Source: Bacteroidota bacterium (GTDB lineage: Bacteria > Bacteroidota > Ignavibacteria > Kapaibacteriales > UBA2268). From it: a stretch of 64,000 bases of DNA. The notes under the pieces are model-generated. The model did no database searches, was not told the origin of the DNA, and saw nothing but the letters and a program-made list of their open reading frames with translations. Below, piece after piece: positions 54,652-64,000 of the stretch (position 1 is its first letter; the number at the start of each line of letters is the position of its first letter). Made by a program: the position numbers and the translations under genes. The DNA lies in assembly GCA_048267165.1 (NCBI GenBank), contig JBLWYD010000009.1, positions 4,577 through 68,576 of the forward strand. Reading direction: 5' to 3'.

Positions 54652-57063
54652 TTAGTTTTTTCTTAATTCTGCTTTGAATGTAGATTCTATATTCTTAACT
54701 AAATTCGCTATCACTTTGTCTATATCTTCATCTGTCAGAGTACGTTCGCTCGAAACAAATTCGAGTGAGTAAGCAACGCTTTTCTTGCCTTCGGCAATAT
54801 TGTCACCTTTGTAAACATCGAATATATCTACAGATTTCAAGTACTTACCACCGTTCGCCTCTATCAGAGTAATCACCTTCCCCGCTTCTAAATCATCGGG
54901 CACTGTGAACGCCAAATCACGACTAACAGATGGGAATGAAGATACTTTGTTGTATCGGCTCTGCTTTTCTGGTAATTTGTATAACTCTGTCATATCTAAT
55001 AGAAGTGCTACGACTGGTTGTTCTACATCATACTGTTTTAGTATTCTTCTATCGACTTCACCGACTGCACCAATTTTAGTTTTTCCTAACATAATATGGC
55101 ATGAGTTTCCACCAAAACCAGTTTCGGCATTTTGTACTATTTGTACATTGCTTAATTTAGCAAATTCTACTATACTTTGCAATAAACCTTTGATATCATA
55201 GAAATTAACAGCTCTGTTTTTCACGTCCCAATTATCTTGATACTTATTCCCACTAAGGATTACCAATAGGTTTTCGCGTTCCATTACCCCTTTCACTACA
55301 TTAGCTTCGTCATCAGTAGTCTCGAATATTTTACCAACTTCGAATAGTTGTAGGTCAGGAGTTCCCAATCTGATATTTCTACTAATTACTCTCAGCATAG
55401 ATGGTAGCAACGAAGGACGCATAATAGAAAGTTCTCTACCCAATGGATTAGCGACTACTAGCGGACTCTCAGTGAAAATAGCTGCTGAGTCTGGGTCTAT
55501 CTGATTTTGAGTAAGAGATTCGTTGTATCCATTGCTTATCAAATACTCACGCACTTTATTACGAAGTGCTGGCAATCTCAATCCTTCAGGCAACGGACGA
55601 GCATCAAATGATATATTAGCAAAGAATTGTGGTTCCAATTTGTCATAATTATACAAACGGACTACTTCTTCCAACAAGTCAATCTCTTCGCTAATGTCGT
55701 GTCTATAATTCGGGATTTCTAGCTCTATCGTTTCTTCGTTCTCACTAACTAATTTGAAGTTTAGTGAAGTTAGTATTTCTTTAATCGCATCATTAGTTAG
55801 TTTTAGACCAACAATTTTCTCTACTCTTTGGTAGCGAAGTTTTACTATTTTTTGAATTTTCTTGTTCGGATATACATCGACTATACCTTTCTCAATAGTT
55901 CCGCCAGCTACTTGCTGAAGTAATTGAGCACATCTATCGGCAGCCAAAATAACGGCGTCTATATCTATACCACGCTCAAATCTATAAGAAGCATCGCTCG
56001 ATATACCAATCTTCTTAGCCGTTCTACGCACAGAATTCGGGCTAAAGAATGCAGATTCTATTAGTACATCAGTCGTGCTATCATTAATTTCAGAGTTCAT
56101 ACCGCCCATAACTCCTGCTACAGCTATTGGCTTTTCGCCATCGCATATCATTAGCATTTCGGAGTCAAGCTCTCTTTTTTTATCGTCAAGAGTCGTAAAT
56201 GGTTGCTTGTCAGTAGCGTTCTTAATTACTATTTTCTTGCCTGCAACTAAGTTATAGTCGAATGCGTGAAGGGGTTGCCCCAATTCCATTAGCACGAAAT
56301 TAGTCACATCTACTACATTATTAATAGGTCGCAAACCTATAGCCGTTAATTTTTGTTTCAGCCAGTCTGGTGATTCGGCTATCTTCACACCTCTGACTAC
56401 TCTTGCCGCATAGCGTGGGCAAGCATCAGTATTTTCTATTTCAATTGTAATTGAGTTAGTGACATCGTCGCCACTTTCCTCGAATTTGACATCTGGTTTC
56501 CTTACTTCTTTGCGGTAGTAAGCACCCAAATCGCGAGCTATACCATAGTGACTAAGGCAATCGCCCTTGTTAGGAGTTATAGCAATCTCCAAGGTTACAT
56601 CATTCAATCCTAAGTAATCAGCTATTGGCTGACCGGGTTCTACTCCTTCTGGGAGTACCCATATTCCGTCGCTATCTTCGCCTAGCTCTAGCTCAGATTG
56701 ACTACATATCATTCCGTTGGACTCAATGCCACGTATTTTTCTTTTAGAGAGTGCAAACCCAGCACTTGGCACAACAGCACCTTCTGTACCCAATACAACA
56801 TTCTGCCCTTCGGCTACGTTTGGTGCACCGCAAACTACTGTTTGCTCACCATTAGCCGACTGCACTGTACAAAGTCTTAGTTTGTCTGCATCGGGATGAG
56901 GAACTATGTTTAGTACGTGAGCAGTATAGAAGCCATCGTACTTCGCTTTGTTGTCTATTACTTCTTCTACTTCTAAGCCAATATACGTAAGCACTTCAAC
57001 CAATTCGGGAATCGGTACTTCTAGATCTATATACTCTCTGAGCCAATTATATGATAATTTCAT
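54652..57063 (-). CDS. pheT: phenylalanine--tRNA ligase beta subunit
   Basis: 803 aa. MKLSYNWLREYIDL N-terminus, tRNA-binding OB fold, B3/4 and B5 domains, C-terminal FDX-ACB-like domain. Confidence 0.96.
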   Translation of the reverse strand: MKLSYNWLREYIDLEVPIPELVEVLTYIGLEVEEVIDNKAKYDGFYTAHVLNIVPHPDADKLRLCTVQSANGEQTVVCGAPNVAEGQNVVLGTEGAVVPSAGFALSKRKIRGIESNGMICSQSELELGEDSDGIWVLPEGVEPGQPIADYLGLNDVTLEIAITPNKGDCLSHYGIARDLGAYYRKEVRKPDVKFEESGDDVTNSITIEIENTDACPRYAARVVRGVKIAESPDWLKQKLTAIGLRPINNVVDVTNFVLMELGQPLHAFDYNLVAGKKIVIKNATDKQPFTTLDDKKRELDSEMLMICDGEKPIAVAGVMGGMNSEINDSTTDVLIESAFFSPNSVRRTAKKIGISSDASYRFERGIDIDAVILAADRCAQLLQQVAGGTIEKGIVDVYPNKKIQKIVKLRYQRVEKIVGLKLTNDAIKEILTSLNFKLVSENEETIELEIPNYRHDISEEIDLLEEVVRLYNYDKLEPQFFANISFDARPLPEGLRLPALRNKVREYLISNGYNESLTQNQIDPDSAAIFTESPLVVANPLGRELSIMRPSLLPSMLRVISRNIRLGTPDLQLFEVGKIFETTDDEANVVKGVMERENLLVILSGNKYQDNWDVKNRAVNFYDIKGLLQSIVEFAKLSNVQIVQNAETGFGGNSCHIMLGKTKIGAVGEVDRRILKQYDVEQPVVALLLDMTELYKLPEKQSRYNKVSSFPSVSRDLAFTVPDDLEAGKVITLIEANGGKYLKSVDIFDVYKGDNIAEGKKSVAYSLEFVSSERTLTDEDIDKVIANLVKNIESTFKAELRKN

Positions 57064-57224
57064 TTATTGTGTTTGCATAAGTTTTGCTATAAAAAATGCA
57101 ATATAAATATTTTTTTGCGAAGCTAGGTAATTTGAACAATAAAATACTGTTCAATTAAAACGAATATTTTCCTACATTCACTATATTGTCGTTGCTACTA
57201 ACAACAAATTCTAAAAATCCAGTT

Positions 57225-59330
57225 ATGAAATTAATCTACATTATATTCTTTACCACACTATTGTCATTTACTTCACTTATCTCTCAGACAAATCACAAAG
57301 TAATAATTGATGAGAAATTCGACAATCCATCATCAACGGATTGGAATCAAAAAAACACCGATTCACAAAACTTGAAAATCGAGAATGGCGTCTATAAAAT
57401 TGAGAGTAAAAGCGATAAATCTATGGGTTGGGCTATTAGGGATTTGGGTCTCAATATCAATAATAACTACATAATTGAGTTTGATATTAGACAAACGGCA
57501 GGCACTGATAATAGTGGCTACGGCCTAGTATTCGGTATGAATAAAAGTATATCTCAGTATTATAAATTCTCAATTTCGAGTACTCAGTTCAGAAAACTTA
57601 ATGGCTATTGGAATAAAAAATACAATAACCTTCGAGATTGGAAAAAGAAAGAATCAGTAATCAAGAAGATGAACGAATGGAATAGAATAAAATTAGTCAG
57701 AACAAGAAATTTGCTAGAGCTTTATGTCAATGATGTTCAAGTATTAGCTTATGGTAAATACATAGACTATGGAAGGGATATTGCCTTATTTGCTGATAAG
57801 AAAGGAATGAAAATAGAGGTTGATAATTTCAAACTAACTACTTTCGATTTTGCAGTGAATGATGTGGTAGGCGCAGAAAAACCTTCTAACAAGAGATATT
57901 TATCTTTTAACACTAAAGATAATGAGAAGAAAATCTATGTCTCAGCAGATGGTAATACAATGTATGTAACACATCAGGTAGGTCAAGAGAAAAGTAAAGT
58001 TTGGATAAGTAACTATGATGGTAAAAACTGGAGTAGTCTGATAAAGTTACCTTTCCCGATTAACAATAATGGCGGAAACAGCGTTATTTCGGCGTCATCG
58101 GACAAAAACACCCTGTATCTGATGAATACTTATAAGCCAGACGGGAGTTCTGGGACAGGTGGTATTTCTGTTTCTCACAAAACTAAAGATGGCTGGGAAG
58201 TTCCAAAAACAATCAAGGTTGACAATCTAGTAAATAAAAATAGGTTCGCCTCATACTTTTTCACAGCTGATAATAAAATACTATTAATGGCAATACAGCC
58301 AAACGAAGAAGAACACGATGAACAAGCAATATTTGTCTCTTTCATCAAAGAAGATGGTACATATACTGAGCCTAAAGACTTGGGCCCAACTATCAATACT
58401 CTTGCTATGGATTTCAATCCATTCTTAGCCCCTGACAGTAAGACACTTTATTTCTCTAGTACTGGTCACCCCGGTTATGGCTCTGCTGATATATGGGTTT
58501 CGAGAAGATTAGATGATACTTGGCAAAATTGGAGTAAGCCCCAAAACTTAGGTCCAAACATAAATAGTGATGGTTTTGAATTGAATTTGTCTCTTGATGC
58601 AAAAGGAACTTTAGGTTATTTGGCTTCTTATGATTCTAAGCTTGCTGGGTACAAAGGTGAGGGCGATGTCATGGTATTAGACCTACCCGAAGGTGCAAGA
58701 CCAGAGCCAGTTGTTCTAGTATTCGGTAAGGTATTGAACAAGAAAACAAATGACCCTATTGCAGCCAAGATTAACTATTTCGATTTGACAAGTGGGCAAG
58801 AATATGGTACAGCAAACTCTGACATAAATACTGGTGAGTATAGTATAGTTCTTCCACGTGGTATAAATTTTGGTTTCAAATCAGAGGCGGCTGGCTATGT
58901 ATCTATCTCAGAAAATCTTGATTTGACTAACCTAGACAGTTACGAAGAAATAGAAAAGAACCTTTACTTAGTTCCAATAGAAATTGGTCAGACTATAAGG
59001 TTGAATAATCTATTCTTTGATACTGGCGAATATGCACTAAAAGAATCATCGAATTCGGAATTGAAAAACTTACTCAAACTATTGCAGCTTAACCCTAAGA
59101 TGAAAATCAAAATATTGGGTTACACAGACAATGTAGGTAGTGAAGCAAACAACCTTACATTATCTAAGAACCGTGCTAACTCGGTATATGAATGGCTAGT
59201 AACTAATAGTGTAAACAAAGCTAATCTATCATCAGTAGGAATGGGGATGAAAGACCCAGTGGCTACTAACGATACGGAAGAAGGGCGTCAACTAAATCGC
59301 CGAGTAGAATTCACTATTATAGAAAAGTAA
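57225..59330 (+). CDS. OmpA family protein with LamG/DUF1080-like N-domain, PD40 repeats and a CarboxypepD_reg-like domain
   Basis: ATG at 57225 (MKLIYIIFFTTLL). PD40-like APDSKTLYFSS. OmpA_C block FDTGEYAL...GYTDNVGSEANNLTLSKNRANSV...NRRVEFTI. Confidence 0.88.
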   Translation: MKLIYIIFFTTLLSFTSLISQTNHKVIIDEKFDNPSSTDWNQKNTDSQNLKIENGVYKIESKSDKSMGWAIRDLGLNINNNYIIEFDIRQTAGTDNSGYGLVFGMNKSISQYYKFSISSTQFRKLNGYWNKKYNNLRDWKKKESVIKKMNEWNRIKLVRTRNLLELYVNDVQVLAYGKYIDYGRDIALFADKKGMKIEVDNFKLTTFDFAVNDVVGAEKPSNKRYLSFNTKDNEKKIYVSADGNTMYVTHQVGQEKSKVWISNYDGKNWSSLIKLPFPINNNGGNSVISASSDKNTLYLMNTYKPDGSSGTGGISVSHKTKDGWEVPKTIKVDNLVNKNRFASYFFTADNKILLMAIQPNEEEHDEQAIFVSFIKEDGTYTEPKDLGPTINTLAMDFNPFLAPDSKTLYFSSTGHPGYGSADIWVSRRLDDTWQNWSKPQNLGPNINSDGFELNLSLDAKGTLGYLASYDSKLAGYKGEGDVMVLDLPEGARPEPVVLVFGKVLNKKTNDPIAAKINYFDLTSGQEYGTANSDINTGEYSIVLPRGINFGFKSEAAGYVSISENLDLTNLDSYEEIEKNLYLVPIEIGQTIRLNNLFFDTGEYALKESSNSELKNLLKLLQLNPKMKIKILGYTDNVGSEANNLTLSKNRANSVYEWLVTNSVNKANLSSVGMGMKDPVATNDTEEGRQLNRRVEFTIIEK

Positions 59331-59340
59331 ATTGTTGTGT

Positions 59341-59380
59341 TCACCGTAGAGGTGTTCTAGTCTCTACGGTGATTTCTTAT
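59341..59380 (+). terminator. rho-independent terminator
   Basis: Perfect 11-bp stem tcaccgtagag / ctctacggtga followed by tttcttatt. Confidence 0.65.
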
Positions 59381-59383
59381 TGC

Positions 59384-60178
59384 TTATTCTTTAATATAGT
59401 CATCTAACATTCCGCCAAATGTATTATATCCATACCATATACCGAATACATTTTCACCCTTTACATTTCCTTCTATATTAAGACCGCCGTTATTGAAAAT
59501 ACCACCATCTGACTCACCTTCGTAACGAGTTTGGTAATATGAATAAAACTGTACATCAAAAAATCGTAATATGAAGATTTCACCAATATTATTATATTCT
59601 GTAATTCTATCAGTTAATAGCTTAAAAGTTGTATTTTCTTTATTTAACAAGCTATAATCGCCATAATAACTGTATTTACTGTTAAAATCAAAGCTTAGCA
59701 TACCCTTTTCTTTTGATAATAAACTGAATTCATACCTAAAGTCTGTTCTTCCAAACTCTCTGAAAGGTTTTTTTGTAATTGCAAGTATTTCTGGGTTCTT
59801 CGGTATAGTCGATTTAGCAGTTGCGAACTTATCCTTCCATTTAACTTCAAGACGATATTCTACTCCTTCTTCTAAAGTCAGTGTATCTTCGCTAACATAA
59901 AATGATTCAACTTGATGGATTAGGTTCATCACTTTACCTTTGTAGTAAACTTTGCAATCAGCATCTTTGATTGTTACTTTTTCAAGAGTAACTTCTTCTA
60001 ATGGGGGTATCGATTTAGTGATTGAGACTGAAAGATTTCGGCTATTTATTCCGAATTGCCCTTGTATTATTAGCTTTTCTACATAAGGTAAATCCGAATC
60101 AACTGTCTGCTCCAAACCATCGCAAGATGAGAGCAAAGCGGATATTACCAATATTAATAATATAAATGATTTTTTCAT
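59384..60178 (-). CDS. DUF4249-like lipoprotein partner of the TonB-dependent receptor
   Basis: Lipobox LLSSC. Size (~265 aa) and position immediately downstream of a CarboxypepD_reg-type TonB receptor are typical of DUF4249. The ATG at 60178 avoids overlap. Confidence 0.65.
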   Translation of the reverse strand: MKKSFILLILVISALLSSCDGLEQTVDSDLPYVEKLIIQGQFGINSRNLSVSITKSIPPLEEVTLEKVTIKDADCKVYYKGKVMNLIHQVESFYVSEDTLTLEEGVEYRLEVKWKDKFATAKSTIPKNPEILAITKKPFREFGRTDFRYEFSLLSKEKGMLSFDFNSKYSYYGDYSLLNKENTTFKLLTDRITEYNNIGEIFILRFFDVQFYSYYQTRYEGESDGGIFNNGGLNIEGNVKGENVFGIWYGYNTFGGMLDDYIKE

Positions 60179-60179
60179 A

Positions 60180-62465
60180 TTAGAACTCAAAACTTAATCC
60201 TAGTGTAGGAATGATTGGGAATAATGTTATTTGTTTTAGTTTTTTACTACTTTTGCCAGTGTCATAGTCATAGTCATTGTCTATATACCAAGCGAATGGG
60301 TTACGTCTATCATATACATTATATATATTAATAGAAAGTACCCACGGCAATTTGTATGCTTCGAATTTGTACATAAAGTTCAAATCCATTCTATGGTAAG
60401 CGGGTAATCTGACTCCATTTCGATCAGAAAACTGATATTTTTCGTCATTGTAGTTGAAATCATCACGCCAAATATAAGTCGAGGTAGGCATAGTATAGGC
60501 CTGACCAGTACCATATACCCAAGCCATTCCTAGCTCCCAAGTATCATTGAACTCGTAGTTCAGAGTTAGTGATATATCGTGTCTTCTATCATATCGAGGG
60601 TAGAACTCTTTGCCATTGTTCAAATCTGCAAATTGTCTTTTAGTCCAAGCTAATGTATAGCCAATCCAACCCGTGAAATTCCCTATTTGTTTATTCAAGA
60701 ACAGCTCAATACCATAAGCCTGACCGTCACCCCTAGTGAACTGTTCTTCAAGTGGAATACCTAAGGTGAACTCGGCATCATCACGATATTCGAGTAAGTT
60801 ATTCATTTTCTTGTAATAGCCTTCTAGAGAGATTAGATAAGTATCATCGATTATATTCATCTCGGCTCCTAGCACCCCTTGGTAAGAGCGGCTAGGCAAA
60901 ATGTTTTCAGTTGATGGGAACCAAAGGTCAGTTGGCAAACTTATATTATTCCTTACTACTAAGTGAATATATTGATTAGCGACGGCGAATGCCCCTTTTA
61001 GCCGTATTCCTTCGTCTGTGAGATAAGTTGCAGAAATCCTTGGTTCTATGTCCAAATAGTTCCCCTGCTGGAAGTAATAGCCACGTAAGCCATAGTTCAC
61101 ATCAATTCTATCATTAACTTTCCATTCGTCTTGAGCATATAGTGCTATATCAAATGTATTGATATTGCCCTCACCCAGAAAATCAAGACGTTCTTCTATT
61201 TCGGGTTCATTGAAGTTTGCTTTTGCGTTGAAATTGTGCCAAGTTATATCTGCACCTGTTTTAATTATATGATCATCATAAGCTAAGTACTGTGCGTCTC
61301 CTTTGAGTACTATATCCCTTATGCGAGAGCCAGTATTGAAGACAACATCGTTTTCACCAATATTAGATTCAAAAATATAGTCTGTATAGACCAAAGAGAA
61401 GTTAGTGAAAAGCTCAGGACTTACTATATGCATCCATCGCATATTGGCTGTGCTATTACCCCAATTCACACTAATATCGTCGTTATTATTTTCATTAACC
61501 CCGAAAACATCACGAGCTAAATAACCGCTAACGTATAGCACATCATTTTCTGAGAGTTTATAGTTTGCTTTAGCATTGAAATCATAGAAATAGTAAGTAG
61601 GTGCATCATTAGTAATCAAGCCAAGTAGTAAATCAAAATAAAAGCGTCGCCCCGAAATCATAAACGAAGAGTTCTCATTAATTGGGCCTTCCACAGTTAG
61701 CTTCGAGCTGATGAGCGAGACACCTGCCTTACCTCCAATTTTATCTTTTCTACCCTCTTTCATAGTCAAATCAAGCACGCTTGATAACCTACCACCATAT
61801 TCGGCAGGGAATGCTCCCTTTATCATTCGTATATCTTTGATAGCGTCATTGTTGAATGAGCTGATGAATCCAGCTAGATGCGATGGATTATAGACAGTAA
61901 CACCGTCAAGTAATATCAAGTTCTGATCGGGTGAACCACCACGCACATATAAGCCACTCGATAGCTCGGAGCCAGCAGCTATACCTGGTAGTAGCTGCAA
62001 TGTTCGGAAGATGTCAACTTCGCCACCGAATGCAGGCATTTTGGATACGAAAGAAGGGCTAATAGAAATGGAGCTGATAGAACTTGTTGGGCTCGATTCT
62101 CTATCTGCTGTTACCGTTACTTCCTGAGTCATCACAGAGATTGATTCTAGTTGCACATTCCGCCTAACATCGTCATTAGTGACAATTATTTTCGATAGCA
62201 TTAACTTGTAACCAACGGAGGAAACGGCTAGATAATATGTACCATTTGTGATGTTTGGCAAAGAGTAGAAACCGAACTTGTTACTGTATGCCCCTTTCAC
62301 AAAATTGTCTTTGTTGATTATGGAGTCAGTGTATAGTGCAACTGTAGCAGAGATAACTGCTTCTTTACTTGTGTCGTCATTCACTATTCCTGATATGGAG
62401 TATTTCTCTTCAGAAAGCAAGGAGAACGGTAGTAGTAAAAATAAAAGTAGTAGTTTATATTTCAT
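60180..62465 (-). CDS. TonB-dependent receptor with N-terminal carboxypeptidase-regulatory-like domain
   Basis: 761 aa. Signal peptide, CarboxypepD_reg block YSISGIVNDDTSKEAVISATVALY, plug region, long beta-barrel ending in TLGLSFEF. Confidence 0.9.
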   Translation of the reverse strand: MKYKLLLLFLLLPFSLLSEEKYSISGIVNDDTSKEAVISATVALYTDSIINKDNFVKGAYSNKFGFYSLPNITNGTYYLAVSSVGYKLMLSKIIVTNDDVRRNVQLESISVMTQEVTVTADRESSPTSSISSISISPSFVSKMPAFGGEVDIFRTLQLLPGIAAGSELSSGLYVRGGSPDQNLILLDGVTVYNPSHLAGFISSFNNDAIKDIRMIKGAFPAEYGGRLSSVLDLTMKEGRKDKIGGKAGVSLISSKLTVEGPINENSSFMISGRRFYFDLLLGLITNDAPTYYFYDFNAKANYKLSENDVLYVSGYLARDVFGVNENNNDDISVNWGNSTANMRWMHIVSPELFTNFSLVYTDYIFESNIGENDVVFNTGSRIRDIVLKGDAQYLAYDDHIIKTGADITWHNFNAKANFNEPEIEERLDFLGEGNINTFDIALYAQDEWKVNDRIDVNYGLRGYYFQQGNYLDIEPRISATYLTDEGIRLKGAFAVANQYIHLVVRNNISLPTDLWFPSTENILPSRSYQGVLGAEMNIIDDTYLISLEGYYKKMNNLLEYRDDAEFTLGIPLEEQFTRGDGQAYGIELFLNKQIGNFTGWIGYTLAWTKRQFADLNNGKEFYPRYDRRHDISLTLNYEFNDTWELGMAWVYGTGQAYTMPTSTYIWRDDFNYNDEKYQFSDRNGVRLPAYHRMDLNFMYKFEAYKLPWVLSINIYNVYDRRNPFAWYIDNDYDYDTGKSSKKLKQITLFPIIPTLGLSFEF

Positions 62466-62558
62466 ATGCGAGTCAGATTATTTTGTTGAAACTAACTAAA
62501 ATTACGAAGATTTACATGAGAAGTTATGGGGTTATTTTACTTTTTTTTATTATCTATG

Positions 62559-62611
62559 GGACTAAAGTCCGAAAGGTGGGGATACTATGACCCGTCGGTT
62601 AAAACCGACGG
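62559..62611. repeat. pair of small GC-rich hairpin modules
   Basis: ggactaaagtcc (62559-62570) and ccgtcggttaaaaccgacgg (62592-62611). They resemble tcgttggcttcagccaatgg at 44339 and ccgtcggctaaagcaaatgg at 48128. Confidence 0.55.
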
Positions 62612-62640
62612 CAATACTTTTATTCCCCAAAAATTAGATT

Positions 62641-64000
62641 CTAATTATTATTTAGCAATTTATAGATTTGGTTGCTATTCCCTTTCATTTCAATTGAGAT
62701 GAACAATAGCTTTTCGTTCGTCTTATTGATGTTGATTTCGTTTAAACCTTTGTTCAAGTTAAGATTTATTGACTGCAATTCCTTGCCTTCTAAATTGAAT
62801 ATTCTTAGTGAGACATTACTCTGAAATTCTTCGCTAGTTATAGATAGTTTAGAATCGTTCAGACTAACTTTCATACCTGTTGAATTGTATGAATCTTCAA
62901 CTGAGGTTAATGCCTCTTTTGATTTATATAAAATAGGTTTTTTGGTGTCTGACCTATAATCCGAATCGATTTGCTCACCTTTGATTACCCAAAACACTTT
63001 ATCACTTGGATTGATTTTGAAATTTTTAATTAAGTTATTTTTATCTGTATTCTTATATATTAACTCCCACGATTCACCGAAATCGAATGTCTGGAAGTAG
63101 TACTGATGGACAAAATCATATACATAAGGAGCTAGTCGGTTATCATATTTGTAATGAGTCAACTCCATTATTTGATGATTAGGGCTGCGTAGGTTTGTTG
63201 TTCTACCACTAACCAACAATCGCTCATAGTAATCAATTGGTTCCTCTTTATCATCGAATTGCGTTAAGGAATCTGCATCCCAACCAATTGTTTTTTCTAC
63301 AAACGGAAAAGACTGATATTCACCAGTTAGATAATCAAAAATTCTAAAGCTTTCTGAATCTACTTCACGTACTAAAAGTTCATTCTTTCCAGTACATTCA
63401 AGACATAAACCATTATTTTTTCTATTCTGTAATAATTCTACTTTTTCAGAGTTGGTATTGTAAGAAAAGTGAGCCGCACCATAAGATCTATAAACATCAC
63501 CCCAATCGAAAAAGAAGAACATACAATCTTTAAATCCATTACTAAATCCGTAGCTTATTGTCAATGGGCCTGCACCACCTCCTTTCCCTTGAGCTTCCAT
63601 TTCAGGGACAGGGTTAACTGTACTCCAACTTTTCCCTCTGTCTATAGAAGTGCTGAAACTTTGAAAATGCATATGATGATGAAACTCAAAGTAATTATAA
63701 AAATGTCCTAGGAAGTTCTCATCCAGAGGATTCAAAACAATCTCTACATCTCTTAGTGATTTATTCATAGGTTCTACTTTTTCAATTATATTTCCATCCA
63801 AATTGTAGTAATCGAGGGTTGTATCTTTTCTATTTACATATAAATAATATGAACCTAACTCACTAAATAGCTTTTCTTGAAATTTATCACCAATTGTAGA
63901 TTGCATCTTCTCAGTTATATCAAGCCAGCTATTCCCTCGATCGGTTGATAATAGTAAGTCGTAATTATTATTCTGAGTTGATAGATTGGTATTCACTAAA
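62641..64000 (-). CDS. BNR/Asp-box repeat protein with T9SS-like C-terminal domain, 5' end probably outside the window
   Basis: Asp-boxes STDRGNSW, SIDRGKSW and DFGESW. The C-terminal ~80 aa are sorting-domain-like. The frame is still open upstream of the GTG at 63996. Confidence 0.8.
   Translation of the reverse strand, partial: LVNTNLSTQNNNYDLLLSTDRGNSWLDITEKMQSTIGDKFQEKLFSELGSYYLYVNRKDTTLDYYNLDGNIIEKVEPMNKSLRDVEIVLNPLDENFLGHFYNYFEFHHHMHFQSFSTSIDRGKSWSTVNPVPEMEAQGKGGGAGPLTISYGFSNGFKDCMFFFFDWGDVYRSYGAAHFSYNTNSEKVELLQNRKNNGLCLECTGKNELLVREVDSESFRIFDYLTGEYQSFPFVEKTIGWDADSLTQFDDKEEPIDYYERLLVSGRTTNLRSPNHQIMELTHYKYDNRLAPYVYDFVHQYYFQTFDFGESWELIYKNTDKNNLIKNFKINPSDKVFWVIKGEQIDSDYRSDTKKPILYKSKEALTSVEDSYNSTGMKVSLNDSKLSITSEEFQSNVSLRIFNLEGKELQSINLNLNKGLNEININKTNEKLLFISIEMKGNSNQIYKLLNNN

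Noticed and set aside
62466-62640. Cobalamin or other riboswitch upstream of the TonB-dependent receptor
   Set aside because: I saw no B12-box-like sequence or other recognisable riboswitch core. The GC-rich part is explained by the dispersed hairpin modules.

Overview
AT-rich bacterial chromosomal window. It appears to come from a flagellated member of the FCB superphylum (Ignavibacteriota, Balneolota or Rhodothermota-like). Three things support this. Several secreted proteins end in T9SS-type C-terminal sorting domains. There is a CarboxypepD_reg-type TonB-dependent receptor followed by a DUF4249-like lipoprotein. A TAnnTTTG motif recurs about 30-35 nt upstream of start codons. Coding density is high. 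Housekeeping genes are thrS, gmk, alaS, pheT, rny, zapA, a SufE/DUF59/reductase/IscA Fe-S cluster, a lolE-like permease, an L,D-transpeptidase and a deoxyhypusine-synthase homologue. A contiguous flagellar block runs flgF-G-A-H-I-J-N-K-L. There are many envelope genes (OmpA-family, beta-barrels, T9SS cargo). One tRNA (anticodon CAT) is present. I found no rRNA, CRISPR array, transposase, integrase or recognisable defence genes. The most unusual content is: (1) five head-to-tail paralogues of an unrecognised ~260-aa predicted outer-membrane barrel with hypervariable patches; (2) a three-gene operon encoding a 1675-aa fibre-like protein made of ~25 copies of a 44-aa repeat, with near-identical DNA repeats, followed by a T9SS-CTD protein and a barrel with two OmpA domains; (3) a ~245-nt structured non-coding segment between zapA and rny whose pairing works only on the minus strand; (4) a dispersed family of short GC-rich hairpin modules filling the long intergenic gaps, including inverted copies flanking a 1149-aa T9SS adhesin gene. 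All functional calls come from motif recognition by eye. No searches were run.
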